From Candidatus Methylumidiphilus sp. (GTDB taxonomy: Bacteria > Pseudomonadota > Gammaproteobacteria > Methylococcales > Methylococcaceae): DNA of 21,383 nt. Below the pieces are notes generated by a model that was not told where the DNA came from, ran no database searches, and saw only the letters and a list, made by a program, of their open reading frames with translations. How positions within the stretch are numbered: position 1 is the stretch's first letter; each line of letters starts with the position of its first letter. A program made the position numbers and the translations under genes. This document shows, one piece after another, positions 20,915-21,383 of this stretch. The stretch covers positions 1 through 21,383 of the forward strand of contig JBJSYU010000394.1 of assembly GCA_046089945.1 (NCBI GenBank), in the 5' to 3' direction.

Positions 20915-20984
20915 CTTTAGACTCCTGCGCGTGGGTGATGAAGCCTAGGGGGAGCAATACATCCAATAAAGAGGTAGAAGAAAA

Positions 20985-21383
20985 ATGTCCAGCGAGAATC
21001 CAAAAGACACCCCCGCCGCCGCGGGCCTAGTCGAAAACCTGAAATCCAATCCAAAAGCCCTAGGGATTGCCGCGTTCGCGGTCGCCTTAGTGCTGTTTTT
21101 GGTGGTTAAAGGCGGCGGTGAAAGCGGCGAGAAGCCGGCCCAGGTCGTGGCAGTCAATATCGGCCAGAAAGTCACCGTCTACAACCCCAACACCGACGAA
21201 GGCAACACCATTTTGGTGGCCGCCCCCGGAGCGGCCGGCTTGGCCGAGGGCGAGAACGAAAAAGACGATTCCGTCGTTTGCCGCGTGGTGGTGAAGGGAA
21301 CCGGCGCGACCGTCGAGGAACTGAGCACCGTCAACTACATCCCGTTTGCGAAAGTCACGCTTACCGACGGCGCCTGCTCCGGC
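20985..21383 (+). CDS. Hypothetical single-pass membrane protein, truncated at the window edge
   Basis: Open frame from ATG 20985 to the window end (133 codons, no stop): MSSENPKDTPAAAGLVENLKSNPKALGIAAFAVALVLFLVVKGGGESGEKPAQVVAVNIGQKVTVYNPNTDEGNTILVAAPG...; preceded by a GAGG-like RBS. Not in the supplied ORF list because it runs off the end. Confidence 0.7.
   Translation, partial: MSSENPKDTPAAAGLVENLKSNPKALGIAAFAVALVLFLVVKGGGESGEKPAQVVAVNIGQKVTVYNPNTDEGNTILVAAPGAAGLAEGENEKDDSVVCRVVVKGTGATVEELSTVNYIPFAKVTLTDGACSG

Overview
High-GC, gene-dense chromosomal window, probably from a gammaproteobacterium. That assignment is inferred from the fused RlmKL, RpoS and GcvR-like genes; the bacteriohemerythrin and Nif-type flavodoxin are compatible with a methanotroph-like organism but do not prove it. 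Most genes are housekeeping: Cu+ P1B-ATPase (5'-truncated), flavodoxin, bacteriohemerythrin, GcvR-like ACT protein, Bcp peroxiredoxin, PIN-PhoH ATPase, tRNA-Lys, DUF2076, YihY/BrkB, DUF4124, RlmKL, acylphosphatase, SapC-like, SAM methyltransferase, P-II protein, Acs, RpoS, a membrane J-domain protein and a truncated membrane-anchored protein at the right edge. The main accessory segment (about 5.73-8.8 kb) lies between phoH and tRNA-Lys. It encodes a secreted caspase-like protease fused to a C-terminal SUMF1/FGE (C-type-lectin-fold) domain, plus an Rpn/PD-(D/E)XK-family protein. The last ~100 bp of the caspase-FGE gene resemble a diversity-generating retroelement (DGR) variable region: the domain framework is intact, the canonical FGE cysteine position is not cysteine, and the variable codons can be derived from AAC/AAT. 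No reverse transcriptase or template repeat is visible in the window, so the DGR link is a hypothesis. Other notable signals are a REP/BIME-like palindromic repeat family at two loci, two MITE-like inverted-repeat elements, an orphan intrinsic terminator on the minus strand (candidate sRNA), and a near-consensus promoter and terminator around tRNA-Lys.
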